From the NCBI GenBank assembly GCA_964448175.1, contig CAYUVQ010000002.1, positions 80,111 through 144,110 of the forward strand: a DNA stretch of 64,000 nucleotides. Direction: 5' to 3'. Position 1 is the first letter of the stretch. Every line of letters starts with the position of its first letter. The position numbers and the translations under genes are program-made. This DNA is from an uncultured Cellvibrionaceae bacterium. Its GTDB lineage: Bacteria > Pseudomonadota > Gammaproteobacteria > Pseudomonadales > Cellvibrionaceae. Positions 18,781-28,818 of the stretch are shown piece by piece. Below the pieces are notes generated by a model. The model saw only the letters and a program-made list of their open reading frames with translations, did no database searches and was not told where the DNA came from.

Positions 18781-21201
18781 TCACGCCGGCGGATTATGCT
18801 GCAAACGTTTTTTGGTTAGCGCCGTCGCCACATGCTCAAGCGGGTTATCGGGCCAAGGATGACGCGGATAGCGTCCGCGCATTTCTTTTTTAACATCGGG
18901 ATATGCCTGCTGCCAAAAGGAAGCCAGATCGGTGGTGATCGCCAGCGGACTACCATTAGGTGACAACAAATGGATACGCAGAGGAATGCGCCCCTCCGCC
19001 AGCCGCATGTCCCTGCATCCAAAAAATTCCTGCAGTTTAGCTGAGATTTCCGGTGTGGCATCCGCCGAATATGTCAGGTTTACGTTACGCCCGCTGGGAA
19101 GCTGGATAGTCTCGGGCAGCAAGCTCTGAATTTTCTGGCAGTTGTCGTAGCCCAGATAAAACTCAAGCCCCGCCCGCCAGGGTAGATGATCCAATGTGGT
19201 TTGCGCAGTGAGGAAAGGCTGAAGCCAGATATTTAACTGATTAATGAGACTGGCATCGTCCAGTGATGGTAGAACCAGAAGTTCATAACGTGCAATCAAG
19301 CGTGCACTTTGCAACAAGCGTTCAGCGTCACGGGACCAATGCAACGAAAACAACCCTTTATCTTCAATAATATTTTTCAGGTGACTGAGTAAATGTGCTG
19401 CCATTTCATCAACAGGAATCGGATCAGTTCGTTCAGCAACAATCACTCCGCCCATCTTCCATTGTGATTGCCGTTGCCACTGGTTTTGTTTAAAAATCAA
19501 ATGGCTTTCCCGCTGACTGAGTTGGCGCTGCTGCTCCGCATTTAATGTTAGCCCTACACCCAACCCACTGTGACTTTTTGCTCGAGGCTGTATCACCGGA
19601 AATACGGCCCAGGTCGTGTTGAGTGGATGAGTTGGCTCTATGCTGATGCCGGAGTTCAACCGATAGCGTCCGGATTCCTGGCGAAAACCAATGCGATCAT
19701 TGAACGCAAACGACAATCTTTGTGCTGGCAATTCCGTCTGCGTTTCAAGATGGCAATTTAATGCTGCAAGCCAGCGTTTCTTTTGCAAACGCCATTGAGA
19801 TTGACGTTGCAACTCCAGCGCTGCGTCCGCGAGCCATGCTGACAGATCAGCGGCAGGACTTAATTCAAAATGCAGCGCGAGCGCAAGCAATAAAACGGAA
19901 TCCGGCAACGTGGCGTTGTCGATCATTGACTGAAGAAGTACAGCCACGCGCGGATGCGTTCCCAGTTCGCTGACCCGTTCACCCGCTCGGGTAATCTTCC
20001 CTGCTGCATCTAGTAAATGCCAGGCTTGCAATTGCTGCTGTGCCTGCGCGATCCCCAAACGATTCGGCGGTTCCAGCCAGTTCAATTGCTCAACGTCAAC
20101 GCCCCAGTGTGCCAGGCGCAGTGCCAATGGTAGATAATCCGTGCTACGGATTTCCGGCAGATCTGCAGGCGCCAATGGTTGGTCTTGCGACCACAGCCTT
20201 ATGCAATGCCCAGCCTGAACTCGCCCCGCACGGCCGCGCCGCTGATCCGCACTAGCCTGACTGATTCGCGCCGTGCGCAAGCGTGTAATGCCAGTGCGCT
20301 GCTCATACTCCGCACGACGTACCAGACCGGAATCAATCACCAGAGTTACATCTGCAATTGTCAAAGAGGTTTCAGCAATATTAGTGGCAAGAATTAAGCG
20401 CGGACCCTGATCCGGGTCCAGCGCGGTTAATTGTTCCTGCGTCGTAACGCGGCTATGCAAGCGAAGAATTTTCTGAACAGGATAATGTTGCTGCACAACC
20501 TGCGCACAGGCTTCAATATCTCTCCAACCCGGCAAAAAAATCAGGGTGGTTTGCTGTTGCCAGTCCCGGGCCAGCTGCAAAGCCCGCAATACATGATCAT
20601 CCAGTTTTTCCGCCTGACCGTAAGCATTCTGCTTAGGTGGTAAAAATTGTGTAGTTACTGGAAAGCAGCGACCCGGAGCAAATAAACGTTGCGTAATCTG
20701 ACGCTGCAAGACCGGGTCCGGCGTCGCGCTCATTAACACAAGTTGCAGGTCGTCACGCAGTATCTGTACTTCTTGCAATAGCGCCCATGCTAGATCCTGA
20801 TTGACAGCACGCTCGTGAACTTCATCAAGCATCACAACCGCAACACCGTCTAACAGAGGATCACGTAATAAATGCTGCAACAAAATGCCGGGCGTCATCA
20901 ACAACAGGCGGGTAGTACCGCCGCTGCGATTATCGTATGGAACTTGGTAACCGACGGTTTCACCCACGGATTCTCCGAGCAGACCGGCCAAGCGCGCCGC
21001 CAGTGCTTGGGCGGCTAACACCCGCGGTTGAACAACCCACACAGCCCGATCTTGTGCCAGCGTTTCAAGTACCCAAAGCGGCGCCAGCGTTGATTTACCT
21101 GCGCCAGGCTCCGCTTCTAACAACAGCGTACCGGTGCACAGCGCCTGCAAAAAATGTTCGCGATATTGGCTCAGCGGTAACTCAGGCAACATGAAGGTCA
21201 C
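18781..21201 (-). CDS. hrpB: ATP-dependent RNA helicase HrpB
   Basis: GAGKST, DEVH, MSAT, QRRGRAGR, C-terminal EMRGRYPRHPWP. Confidence 0.93.
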   Translation of the reverse strand: MTFMLPELPLSQYREHFLQALCTGTLLLEAEPGAGKSTLAPLWVLETLAQDRAVWVVQPRVLAAQALAARLAGLLGESVGETVGYQVPYDNRSGGTTRLLLMTPGILLQHLLRDPLLDGVAVVMLDEVHERAVNQDLAWALLQEVQILRDDLQLVLMSATPDPVLQRQITQRLFAPGRCFPVTTQFLPPKQNAYGQAEKLDDHVLRALQLARDWQQQTTLIFLPGWRDIEACAQVVQQHYPVQKILRLHSRVTTQEQLTALDPDQGPRLILATNIAETSLTIADVTLVIDSGLVRRAEYEQRTGITRLRTARISQASADQRRGRAGRVQAGHCIRLWSQDQPLAPADLPEIRSTDYLPLALRLAHWGVDVEQLNWLEPPNRLGIAQAQQQLQAWHLLDAAGKITRAGERVSELGTHPRVAVLLQSMIDNATLPDSVLLLALALHFELSPAADLSAWLADAALELQRQSQWRLQKKRWLAALNCHLETQTELPAQRLSFAFNDRIGFRQESGRYRLNSGISIEPTHPLNTTWAVFPVIQPRAKSHSGLGVGLTLNAEQQRQLSQRESHLIFKQNQWQRQSQWKMGGVIVAERTDPIPVDEMAAHLLSHLKNIIEDKGLFSLHWSRDAERLLQSARLIARYELLVLPSLDDASLINQLNIWLQPFLTAQTTLDHLPWRAGLEFYLGYDNCQKIQSLLPETIQLPSGRNVNLTYSADATPEISAKLQEFFGCRDMRLAEGRIPLRIHLLSPNGSPLAITTDLASFWQQAYPDVKKEMRGRYPRHPWPDNPLEHVATALTKKRLQHNPPA

Positions 21202-21464
21202 TCCCTCTTTTGAACCACCACACCTGCTGCGCTAAAAGCAATACACCGTCGATATTTTCGGTTCTTTCTTTGAAGCTCATTGCACACATAAATAATTCGT
21301 CTTTCGCAATTTTTTAATAGAAGTTCTTATTCTACCGTCACCGCTCAAAGTCGGAATAATTGAGCCGTATAATGAGTCTAGTTTGTACGATCCGTTTATT
21401 TCTGTACTCAGATCGCCGTTGTTCAAAAGGTCGCATTATAACCATGGTCCCCCGAGGAGGATTT

Positions 21465-22019
21465 ATGAAGCGCTTTTACTACATCAGCGATGATCTTGAT
21501 GATCTTGCACAGGTTGAACAGGAACTGGAAGAAGCGGGCATAGCGAAGCCGCAAGTTCACGTCTTCAGCCATGACGACGCGGGCGCTGAGCAGCGTCACT
21601 TGCACACAGTACAGGATTTTATGAAACGTGACGTCGTTCGGACCGGATTATGGGGCGCCGCGATTGGTTTTGTGGCGGCCGCACTCATCCTGATAACGGC
21701 TCATTTTTCAGGTATTGCCGAACGGGTGCATTGGGCACCATTTTTATTGCTGGCGCTTATCGCGTGGGGTTTCTGTACCTGGGAAGCAGGACTTTTTGGT
21801 ATGCATGTACCCCATCATGAGCTGCGTCAATTTGAAGCTGCATTAAAAGAAGGGAAACACATTCTCTTCGTTGATGCTGAGAAGGAACAAACCGGATTGC
21901 TTTCCCGCATCCAAGCACGTCACTCCCACCTGAAACCTGCCGGCCAAGGCACATCTACTCCAAGTTGGGCAATCCTTTGGCAAAAGAAATGGCAACACTT
22001 CATGCACACCATGCCATAA
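21465..22019 (+). CDS. Conserved hypothetical two-TM membrane protein
   Basis: Strong SD GAGGAGG before ATG 21465; two central hydrophobic helices. Confidence 0.75.
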   Translation: MKRFYYISDDLDDLAQVEQELEEAGIAKPQVHVFSHDDAGAEQRHLHTVQDFMKRDVVRTGLWGAAIGFVAAALILITAHFSGIAERVHWAPFLLLALIAWGFCTWEAGLFGMHVPHHELRQFEAALKEGKHILFVDAEKEQTGLLSRIQARHSHLKPAGQGTSTPSWAILWQKKWQHFMHTMP

Positions 22020-22064
22020 CCACCTAAACGGCCGCTGCCCACCAGCGGCCGTTCTCCCTCCGTA

Positions 22065-24098
22065 CTAAAAGCGATAGGCCACTTCAATGCCCGCGCTGAC
22101 ATTACGTCCCGGCGCAGGTTCGAATGCGCGGCCGTTGCTTTGGTTGACGATGACTGAACCCACATATTTTTCGTCCGTCACATTAGCCAGTTTGATCCAG
22201 CCGCTCACATCCCAATCTCCCATGGGTATGTGGCTGCTCAGGGCGAGGTCGGCGGTAGTCGATGAGGGCGCAAAGATCTGATTGTCATCAGCGGTTGCGA
22301 CGCGGGCACGATGTTGCGCCGCAACAGATAGTGCCACGCGTTCATCCATCAACGGTTGCCAACGCAGTTGAACATAATGATTTTCTTTAGCAACACCGGG
22401 CAGGTTATTGCCTTGGAACTCTCCGCCACTATATTCCGCGTCCAGATAATTCGCGTTAATGCGCAATGATAAGGTATCAGCCAACCGGATGTTTCCCGAC
22501 AGCTCAATACCCTGACGTTCAGTTTCAGCAGCGTTGCGATAAGTTGTTCGACCATTAAGCGATTGATCAACAACGATTTCATTTTCGCTGTCGATATTGA
22601 ACAACGTGAGATCAAGCGAGATAAGTTCGCCCTGCTGATATTTAATACCGATTTCCTGTTGGCGATTGTCCGCCGCATCAAGCGCGGTATTTAAACCCGT
22701 TGAATTGTTGCGATAGGCGGTTTCAGTCAAGGTTGGGGTTTCAAAACCACGGCCGGCACTTGCGAAAAGCGTCCATTGTTGATTGACCAGAAAGTTCACG
22801 CCGAACGCTGATGACCACTCATTAAAATCCTTTTTGCCGCTGTCATCCGGATTACCTGGCACCACAAAATAATCATCTACATCAAATTGGACATCGCTGT
22901 GGCGCACGCCGCCAAAAACCTGCCAGCGTGCAGCTGGCTGCCATTGCAGCAAGGTGTATACGTCGCGGCTGGTTGCTTCGCCCAGCTCATCGCGGCGCAA
23001 ATCGCCAGCGAGACCTAATTGATTAACATATCCGCGGCGGCGATCTTCCATCTGTGCAATCTCAGCGCCCAGCGTAAACGTGGCGGGCTGAGCCAGGAAA
23101 TGAAAATCACGGCTGTAGTTACCGTTGGCTCCGGCGAAATCACGCTGTAGATCTACCACGCCACCTGCACTGGTGATGGCCTCGCCAGTGAAACCCAGGT
23201 ACTGGATGACCTCACGACTTCCTTGCCAGAAGGCCGTTTTCCAGCGGTTTTCCCCTTGCTGTTGACGCAGCGTCAGAGAAACCTGGCGATGGGTAATTTC
23301 CTTCCGGGTGTTAAACCGCTCGGCCAGAGGATTAATCTGCCGGGGATTTTCCTGCCACTGGGCTTCAGTCAACCCCAGTGGGTCCTGCAGTAATGGGTCG
23401 CGGGTCGTGTCCAAGCGGAATACGGCCTCCACACCCCCAGCGGTGGTGTAATAGATCTGTGCTGCAGCGTGGCGACGTTCAGCCCGGGCATGGGGCCGGT
23501 CACCATCAGTTTCCATATTAGCGACCTGTAAACCGGCCCCCCAGTTACCTTCTCGCCATTGTCCTGCCACCACTTGGCGAGCCAGATTGTCTTCGCCCGC
23601 GGAGAGGCGGGCGCTCATTCGGTTTTCATCCGGCGTGCGCGTCTGCAGTCCGATCACGCCGCCAGCGCCGTTGCCGAACAATCCCGCAACGGGGCCACGC
23701 AATACTTCCGCCGCAACCACTTCATCCAGCAGCACGCTCGACATCTGCCCCTGACCGTCGGGTGTAGACAGCGGCACACCGTCGAGCATTAAATCAATGC
23801 CACGTACTCCGAAGGCTGAACGCGCGCCGAAGCCGCGCAATGTGATGCGTGTGTCCTGCGCGTAATTGGAACGGCTGTCAGCCTGCACGCCAGGTAAGCC
23901 CTGCAGAATCTCAGCGCTGTCTATGCGTAAGCCGGGTAGTTGATCGCGAGTAGTAATTTCAATGGTGGTAGATGCCAGCGGTACAGTGGCAGCGCCAGTA
24001 ACCACTATCGTTTCCAGCGTTCTGGAATCAGCCCAGGCACTGGTTGAGGTGAGAAATAACAAACCGGGTAAAACTTTTGCCAATTGAGTTAACTGCAT
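22065..24098 (-). CDS. TonB-dependent receptor, YncD/PqqU family
   Basis: TonB box ETIVVTG; NYAQD..RGFGARSAFGVRGI..PDGQGQ plug; YVGSVIVNQSNGRAFEPAPGRN; terminal Phe. Confidence 0.88.
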   Translation of the reverse strand: MQLTQLAKVLPGLLFLTSTSAWADSRTLETIVVTGAATVPLASTTIEITTRDQLPGLRIDSAEILQGLPGVQADSRSNYAQDTRITLRGFGARSAFGVRGIDLMLDGVPLSTPDGQGQMSSVLLDEVVAAEVLRGPVAGLFGNGAGGVIGLQTRTPDENRMSARLSAGEDNLARQVVAGQWREGNWGAGLQVANMETDGDRPHARAERRHAAAQIYYTTAGGVEAVFRLDTTRDPLLQDPLGLTEAQWQENPRQINPLAERFNTRKEITHRQVSLTLRQQQGENRWKTAFWQGSREVIQYLGFTGEAITSAGGVVDLQRDFAGANGNYSRDFHFLAQPATFTLGAEIAQMEDRRRGYVNQLGLAGDLRRDELGEATSRDVYTLLQWQPAARWQVFGGVRHSDVQFDVDDYFVVPGNPDDSGKKDFNEWSSAFGVNFLVNQQWTLFASAGRGFETPTLTETAYRNNSTGLNTALDAADNRQQEIGIKYQQGELISLDLTLFNIDSENEIVVDQSLNGRTTYRNAAETERQGIELSGNIRLADTLSLRINANYLDAEYSGGEFQGNNLPGVAKENHYVQLRWQPLMDERVALSVAAQHRARVATADDNQIFAPSSTTADLALSSHIPMGDWDVSGWIKLANVTDEKYVGSVIVNQSNGRAFEPAPGRNVSAGIEVAYRF

Positions 24099-24299
24099 AC
24101 GTCGCCCCTGATTATAAATTGAAAGTCAAAATCACCTTGTCAGGTTTCAACAAAATCCTGTGCAGCACAGTGCTTTTCAAACCGCGGATGGTCTCATAGC
24201 ACCCCAAAACTGGCGCAGACGTTTGCAAACTTTTACCTGAAATGATTGGGGCTTTATAACGGGGTTAGATCGAAGTATCTGTGCGCGAGAGAACGGCAT

Positions 24300-25160
24300 T
24301 CACCGTTCATCGCGCACCCGCAGAAAACTGGCAAAACGTGGCAGGTTGTTATTGGTTTTGCCGAAGTACTTATAGGTGATGATGCTGCCGATAGGGGGCG
24401 GATCGGCGCGCTGGGCATCATTGAAGCCGGTACCGATTCGAAATCGACGTCCATCCTGCGCCTCCACCAGCAGTGACCCCATCATGCCTTGGTATTTACC
24501 TTTACCGGGGAGATGAGCGATCACAGTGGCCTCAGCATCCATGTATGTTTTGAGTTTCAGCAAATCGTCCGAGCGACCGGCGCGATACAAAGAAGCGCCG
24601 CGATGGAGCATCAGCCCTTCGCCACCCTGAGTAACAATGTGTTCCAACTCGTCCATCAGAGCTTCCTGATCACGCACCTTATATTGCCTGACAACTTGCA
24701 GATGAGTAACGGCGGTGGCAGAGATCAGCCGGGTTACTTTATCAAGGCGCTCATCGAAGGGTGCGTCTGACATCGGCATATCGAACACCATGTAACGCAC
24801 GTTGCGCCATTGCGTGTCGTCCGGCGTTAATTGACGGACAGTTCCCGAAAGCGCGTCAAATGTCCCCCGCCCCATCCAGAGTTCGCCATCCAGCGGCACC
24901 TTCGGAAAATCAGCGGTAAACCAGATGGGCGCCGCAAAACGGTTACCTTGGCGGGAAACAAGATGTTGCCCGTCCCAATAGGCACGCACGCCGTCGAGTT
25001 TTTCACTCACCCAGTAATCCGCGAGGTCGACCGGTTCGGTATACACCTTGGCCAGCACCAGCGGTGGCGCATCGGCAAATACGCTGGCAACAGAAAAAGC
25101 CCAGAGCAACAGGCTGCTATAGATAAGGCTACGAAAGGATGAAATAAGAATGGCAGGCAT
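24300..25160 (-). CDS. Minimal ATP-dependent DNA ligase with signal peptide (Lig E type)
   Basis: SEKLDGVRA, EGLMLH, LLKLK, OB domain FRIGTGF/PRFASF; hydrophobic leader ending VFA-D. Confidence 0.9.
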   Translation of the reverse strand: MPAILISSFRSLIYSSLLLWAFSVASVFADAPPLVLAKVYTEPVDLADYWVSEKLDGVRAYWDGQHLVSRQGNRFAAPIWFTADFPKVPLDGELWMGRGTFDALSGTVRQLTPDDTQWRNVRYMVFDMPMSDAPFDERLDKVTRLISATAVTHLQVVRQYKVRDQEALMDELEHIVTQGGEGLMLHRGASLYRAGRSDDLLKLKTYMDAEATVIAHLPGKGKYQGMMGSLLVEAQDGRRFRIGTGFNDAQRADPPPIGSIITYKYFGKTNNNLPRFASFLRVRDER

Positions 25161-25291
25161 AAACGTGCTTCCTTGACGGTTATGAAGATGGATTGACAGC
25201 ACAAGATCCCTTGCGCGAAGCAGCCGCAGTCTAAAACCCAACCGCCAAAATGTCACCCCATCGACCGCCCAAGCGCCCCGTAGGTGGTGAT

Positions 25292-25320
25292 TTGCCAAGC
25301 CGGCCATTTGCTTATACTAT
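25292..25320 (+). promoter_or_regulatory. Putative sigma70 promoter of argD-argF
   Basis: TTGCCA-N17-TACTAT. Confidence 0.55.
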
Positions 25321-25471
25321 TGCCGCCTTAGTCTTTCCCGCAGGCAGCCCCAGATGCTGCCTGTTTTGTTTTGGACTCTCTGGTTTTATATCCCATTTCA
25401 CCTGTTCAAAGCCTGTTCCTGCAACGGGCTTTTGGTGGTGGTGTTTTTAGCACTTTTGTTTGGAGATTGTG

Positions 25472-26635
25472 ATGGCAACGCTGATGAGCACATACGGCAC
25501 CAGAACCCTGACCCTGACCAAGGGCGCAGGCAGCCGAGTGTGGGACGACCAGGGTAAATCCTATCTGGACGGGATCAGCGGTATTGCCGTATGTGGCCTG
25601 GGCTACGCGCATCCAGCGGTCACTGCTGCTATCAGCCAGCAGGCGGCCAACCTGCTCCATGTGTCCAATCTGTACAACATCCCCCAACAGCAAAAGCTGG
25701 CGGATCTGCTGATCGAGCAGTCCGGTATGCAAAAGGCGTTTTTCTCTAATTCCGGAGCCGAAGCGAACGAAGCGGCAATAAAAATTGCGCGTAAATATGG
25801 CAATGATAAAGGCGTTAAAAACCCAGCCATCATCGTTATGGCCAACAGTTTCCATGGCCGGACCCTGGCGACTTTGAGCGCGACAGGTAACAGTAAAGTA
25901 CAGATCGGTTTTGAGCCGTTGGTTGAAGGTTTTATCCGTGTGCCATTCGATGATGTGGCGGCCGTCCAGGCAGCTGCCGCTGAACACCCTAACATCGTGG
26001 CAGTTCTGGTTGAGCCGGTACAAGGTGAAGGCGGCGTTCGGGTTCCTGCTGCAGATTATCTCAATCAGCTGCGCACTATCTGTGATGCGCAGGACTGGCT
26101 GTTGATGCTCGATGAAATCCAGACCGGCAACGGTCGTACCGGGGTTTATTTTGCTTATCAACATAACGGCATACTGCCCGATGTGGTCACCACCGCTAAA
26201 GGTCTGGGCAACGGTGTACCCATCGGCGCCTGCCTGGCCACCGGCAAAGCAGCGGATGTGCTGCAACCGGGGAATCACGGTACGACTTTTGGCGGTAACC
26301 CCCTGGCCTGCAGCGCCGGTATCGCCGTGATTGAAACCTTAAAGGCCGAGAACCTGGTAGCACGGGTCAAGCAGCTGGGCGATAAATTATTAACTGACTT
26401 CAAAACCGCCTTGGCTGGTAATGCCAAGGTCACCGAGATCCGCGGCAAAGGCCTGATGATCGGTATTGAATTAAATGCACCCTGTTCCGAACTGGTCGAA
26501 AAGGGCCGTGAGAAAGGGATTCTGATTAACGTAACTTCCGTCAATACGATTCGTTTACTGCCGACGTTTATCCTGACCGATGCAGAAGCAGAGGAGCTGG
26601 TCACGAAAGTGGTCGAACTGGTGACGGAGTTTTAA
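25472..26635 (+). CDS. argD: Acetylornithine aminotransferase
   Basis: NSGAEANE, SFHGRT, DEIQTG, TAKGLG, HGTTFGGNPL; upstream of argF. Confidence 0.93.
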   Translation: MATLMSTYGTRTLTLTKGAGSRVWDDQGKSYLDGISGIAVCGLGYAHPAVTAAISQQAANLLHVSNLYNIPQQQKLADLLIEQSGMQKAFFSNSGAEANEAAIKIARKYGNDKGVKNPAIIVMANSFHGRTLATLSATGNSKVQIGFEPLVEGFIRVPFDDVAAVQAAAAEHPNIVAVLVEPVQGEGGVRVPAADYLNQLRTICDAQDWLLMLDEIQTGNGRTGVYFAYQHNGILPDVVTTAKGLGNGVPIGACLATGKAADVLQPGNHGTTFGGNPLACSAGIAVIETLKAENLVARVKQLGDKLLTDFKTALAGNAKVTEIRGKGLMIGIELNAPCSELVEKGREKGILINVTSVNTIRLLPTFILTDAEAEELVTKVVELVTEF

Positions 26636-26715
26636 CCAGGTGCGGGAGTTCTTCATCCCGCACTGTAATGAAAGAGCGCAAGCAGTTTTTGCGCTCCGTA
26701 GAAGAGTAGGCAATT

Positions 26716-27633
26716 ATGGTTCCCTCAAAGGCACCGAGACATTTTTTAACCCTCAACGATATTTCGCGCGATGAGCTCCACGACATCATCCAGCGCGCGA
26801 TAGAACTCAAATCTCTACAGCGTAAAGGCCAGTCGCCTGAGCTGTTCAAAAACAAAGTGCTGGGCATGATCTTTGAAAAGTCATCCACCCGCACCCGCGT
26901 TTCATTTGAATCCGGCATGGCCCAAATGGGTGGCCAGGCAATCTTCTTATCTACCAAAGACTCACAACTGGGTCGCGGTGAACCTATTGAAGATGCCGCG
27001 CGCTGTATCTCCAGCATGGTGGATATGGTGATGATCCGCACCTTCGCCCACAGCACAGTGCAGCGCTTCGCGGATTATTCCCGCGTGCCGGTGATCAACG
27101 GCTTGACCGATGATTTCCATCCCTGTCAGTTGCTGGCCGACATCCAGACCTTCGTGGAACAGCGCGGCTCAATGAGCGGCAAAGTAGTAGCCTGGGTTGG
27201 GGACGGCAACAATATGTGTAAAACCTATATTCAGGCTGCAGCCCTGTGTGATTTTGAATTGCGCATTGCCTGTCCGAAAGGTTTTACGCCACGCAGTGAT
27301 CTGATGGAAGCCCACGCGGACCGTGTCAAGCTCTGCGCCACGCCACAGGAAGCTGTCGCCGGTGCTGATCTGGTGGTGACGGATACCTGGGCATCAATGG
27401 GTCAGGAAGAAGAAAAGAAGGAACGTGAATTGATTTTTTCCGGTTATCAGGTCAACCGTGAACTGATGAGTCACGCTAATGCCGATGCACTGTTTATGCA
27501 CTGCCTGCCCGCGTATCGCGGCAAAGAAGTGAGTGCAGAGTTGATGGATGATACGAATGCAGTTATCTGGGAAGAGGCGGAAAATCGCCTGCACGCACAG
27601 AAATCAATGATGGAGTTTTTGTTTAATCAGTAG
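26716..27633 (+). CDS. argF: Ornithine carbamoyltransferase
   Basis: SSTRTR, HPCQ, WASMG, MHCLP, AENRLH. Confidence 0.97.
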   Translation: MVPSKAPRHFLTLNDISRDELHDIIQRAIELKSLQRKGQSPELFKNKVLGMIFEKSSTRTRVSFESGMAQMGGQAIFLSTKDSQLGRGEPIEDAARCISSMVDMVMIRTFAHSTVQRFADYSRVPVINGLTDDFHPCQLLADIQTFVEQRGSMSGKVVAWVGDGNNMCKTYIQAAALCDFELRIACPKGFTPRSDLMEAHADRVKLCATPQEAVAGADLVVTDTWASMGQEEEKKERELIFSGYQVNRELMSHANADALFMHCLPAYRGKEVSAELMDDTNAVIWEEAENRLHAQKSMMEFLFNQ

Positions 27634-27709
27634 CTGAAATCGCGTTAGCGCGCTTAATTTTTTAGCTCGATTAACGGGTCTCCGAATCCTGTGTCATTCA
27701 GAATCCTGC

Positions 27710-27794
27710 TAGGTCTTGGTTTCGAAACGCATAAATACGTCCCGCAGCTCCCTTAATTTATTCCTGAATTGGGGGAGTCGAAACCAAGACACTA
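27710..27794. repeat. Intergenic element with 13-bp perfect inverted repeat and internal hairpin
   Basis: GTCTTGGTTTCGA (27713-25) / TCGAAACCAAGAC (27778-90). Confidence 0.7.
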
Positions 27795-27870
27795 CGCCAG
27801 ATTTACGTGGGATCAGGTTAATAAATTTATTAATCAACTGCTTTCAAAATATTTTTAGTCAAATCTGGAC

Positions 27871-28701
27871 TCACGCATTTTTTCCTGTTGATGGGTTCTT
27901 CATCATCTCACCCAAACCTGCACCAACCATTGCTACACCGCCTTGCACCCAACCACCATCCACCGGAATGATTGCGCCAGTAATGTAGCTCGCCATATCT
28001 GATGCGAGAAACAAACAGGCATTGGCAATATCCTGCGGAGTGCCCATGCGTTTTAAGGGTACCGAATTTACCACGGCATTTCGTATCGCCTCATTGGGGG
28101 CAAGGCGTTTCATGCCTTCGGTTCCATCAATCGGGCCGGGAATGATCGAATTAAGACGAATACCCTCCCCGCCCCACTCCAATGCCAAGGTGCGCGTAAT
28201 CATGTCCACACCGGCTTTTGCAGCACATACGTGTGATTGGGCGGGCATGGGTGTCACAGCTTGCGGTGCTGAAATATTAATAATCGCCGCACCGGGTTTT
28301 TGCAGATAAGGATAAACCGCCTGCATCACATGAAAGGTGCCGAGTAAATCAATCTCCACCACCGAGCGAAAACCGTTAGCGGACATACCGGTAGCCAGTG
28401 CCGGAAAATTCCCTGCCGCGCCGGAAACCACCACCGCAAACCTCCCCCACGCATCATGGATCGCCGCAACACCCTGATTGAGGGCTTCCGCTTCGCGGAC
28501 ATCCGCAGCAAAACCCATAGCATCCGCCGCGCCGAGCTTCTTAAGCGCAGCCACCGTATCATCCACTTTGTCCTGCGAGCGGCTGGCGACAGCCACCTTT
28601 GCGCCGGCGCGGGCGAAGGCTTCAGCAATACCTCGGTTAATACCACTGGTACCGCCAATAACAACAACTACTTTCTCTCGGTAATCAAAAACCTGATTCA
28701 T
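27871..28701 (-). CDS. SDR oxidoreductase, 2,4-dienoyl-CoA reductase-like
   Basis: GGTSGIN, GAAGNF, HVCAAKAG, PGPI. Confidence 0.88.
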   Translation of the reverse strand: MNQVFDYREKVVVVIGGTSGINRGIAEAFARAGAKVAVASRSQDKVDDTVAALKKLGAADAMGFAADVREAEALNQGVAAIHDAWGRFAVVVSGAAGNFPALATGMSANGFRSVVEIDLLGTFHVMQAVYPYLQKPGAAIINISAPQAVTPMPAQSHVCAAKAGVDMITRTLALEWGGEGIRLNSIIPGPIDGTEGMKRLAPNEAIRNAVVNSVPLKRMGTPQDIANACLFLASDMASYITGAIIPVDGGWVQGGVAMVGAGLGEMMKNPSTGKNA

Positions 28702-28818
28702 GATTTATCCTTTTAATTGCCACGCCGCAGCGTTCAAAAATGCCTGCGGATGAATTGTGATATCTGATTGAATACAGCATTCAGACCTTCTATCTGCTGG
28801 CACACTCTGCAGCAACGT

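Noticed and set aside
24221-24237. Sigma54-like TGGCGC...TTGCA
   Set aside because: GG-to-GC spacing is 11 rather than 10 nt, and it faces antisense to neighbouring genes
25354-25557. Leader peptide for argD attenuation
   Set aside because: No Arg codons in the leader part and no evident SD
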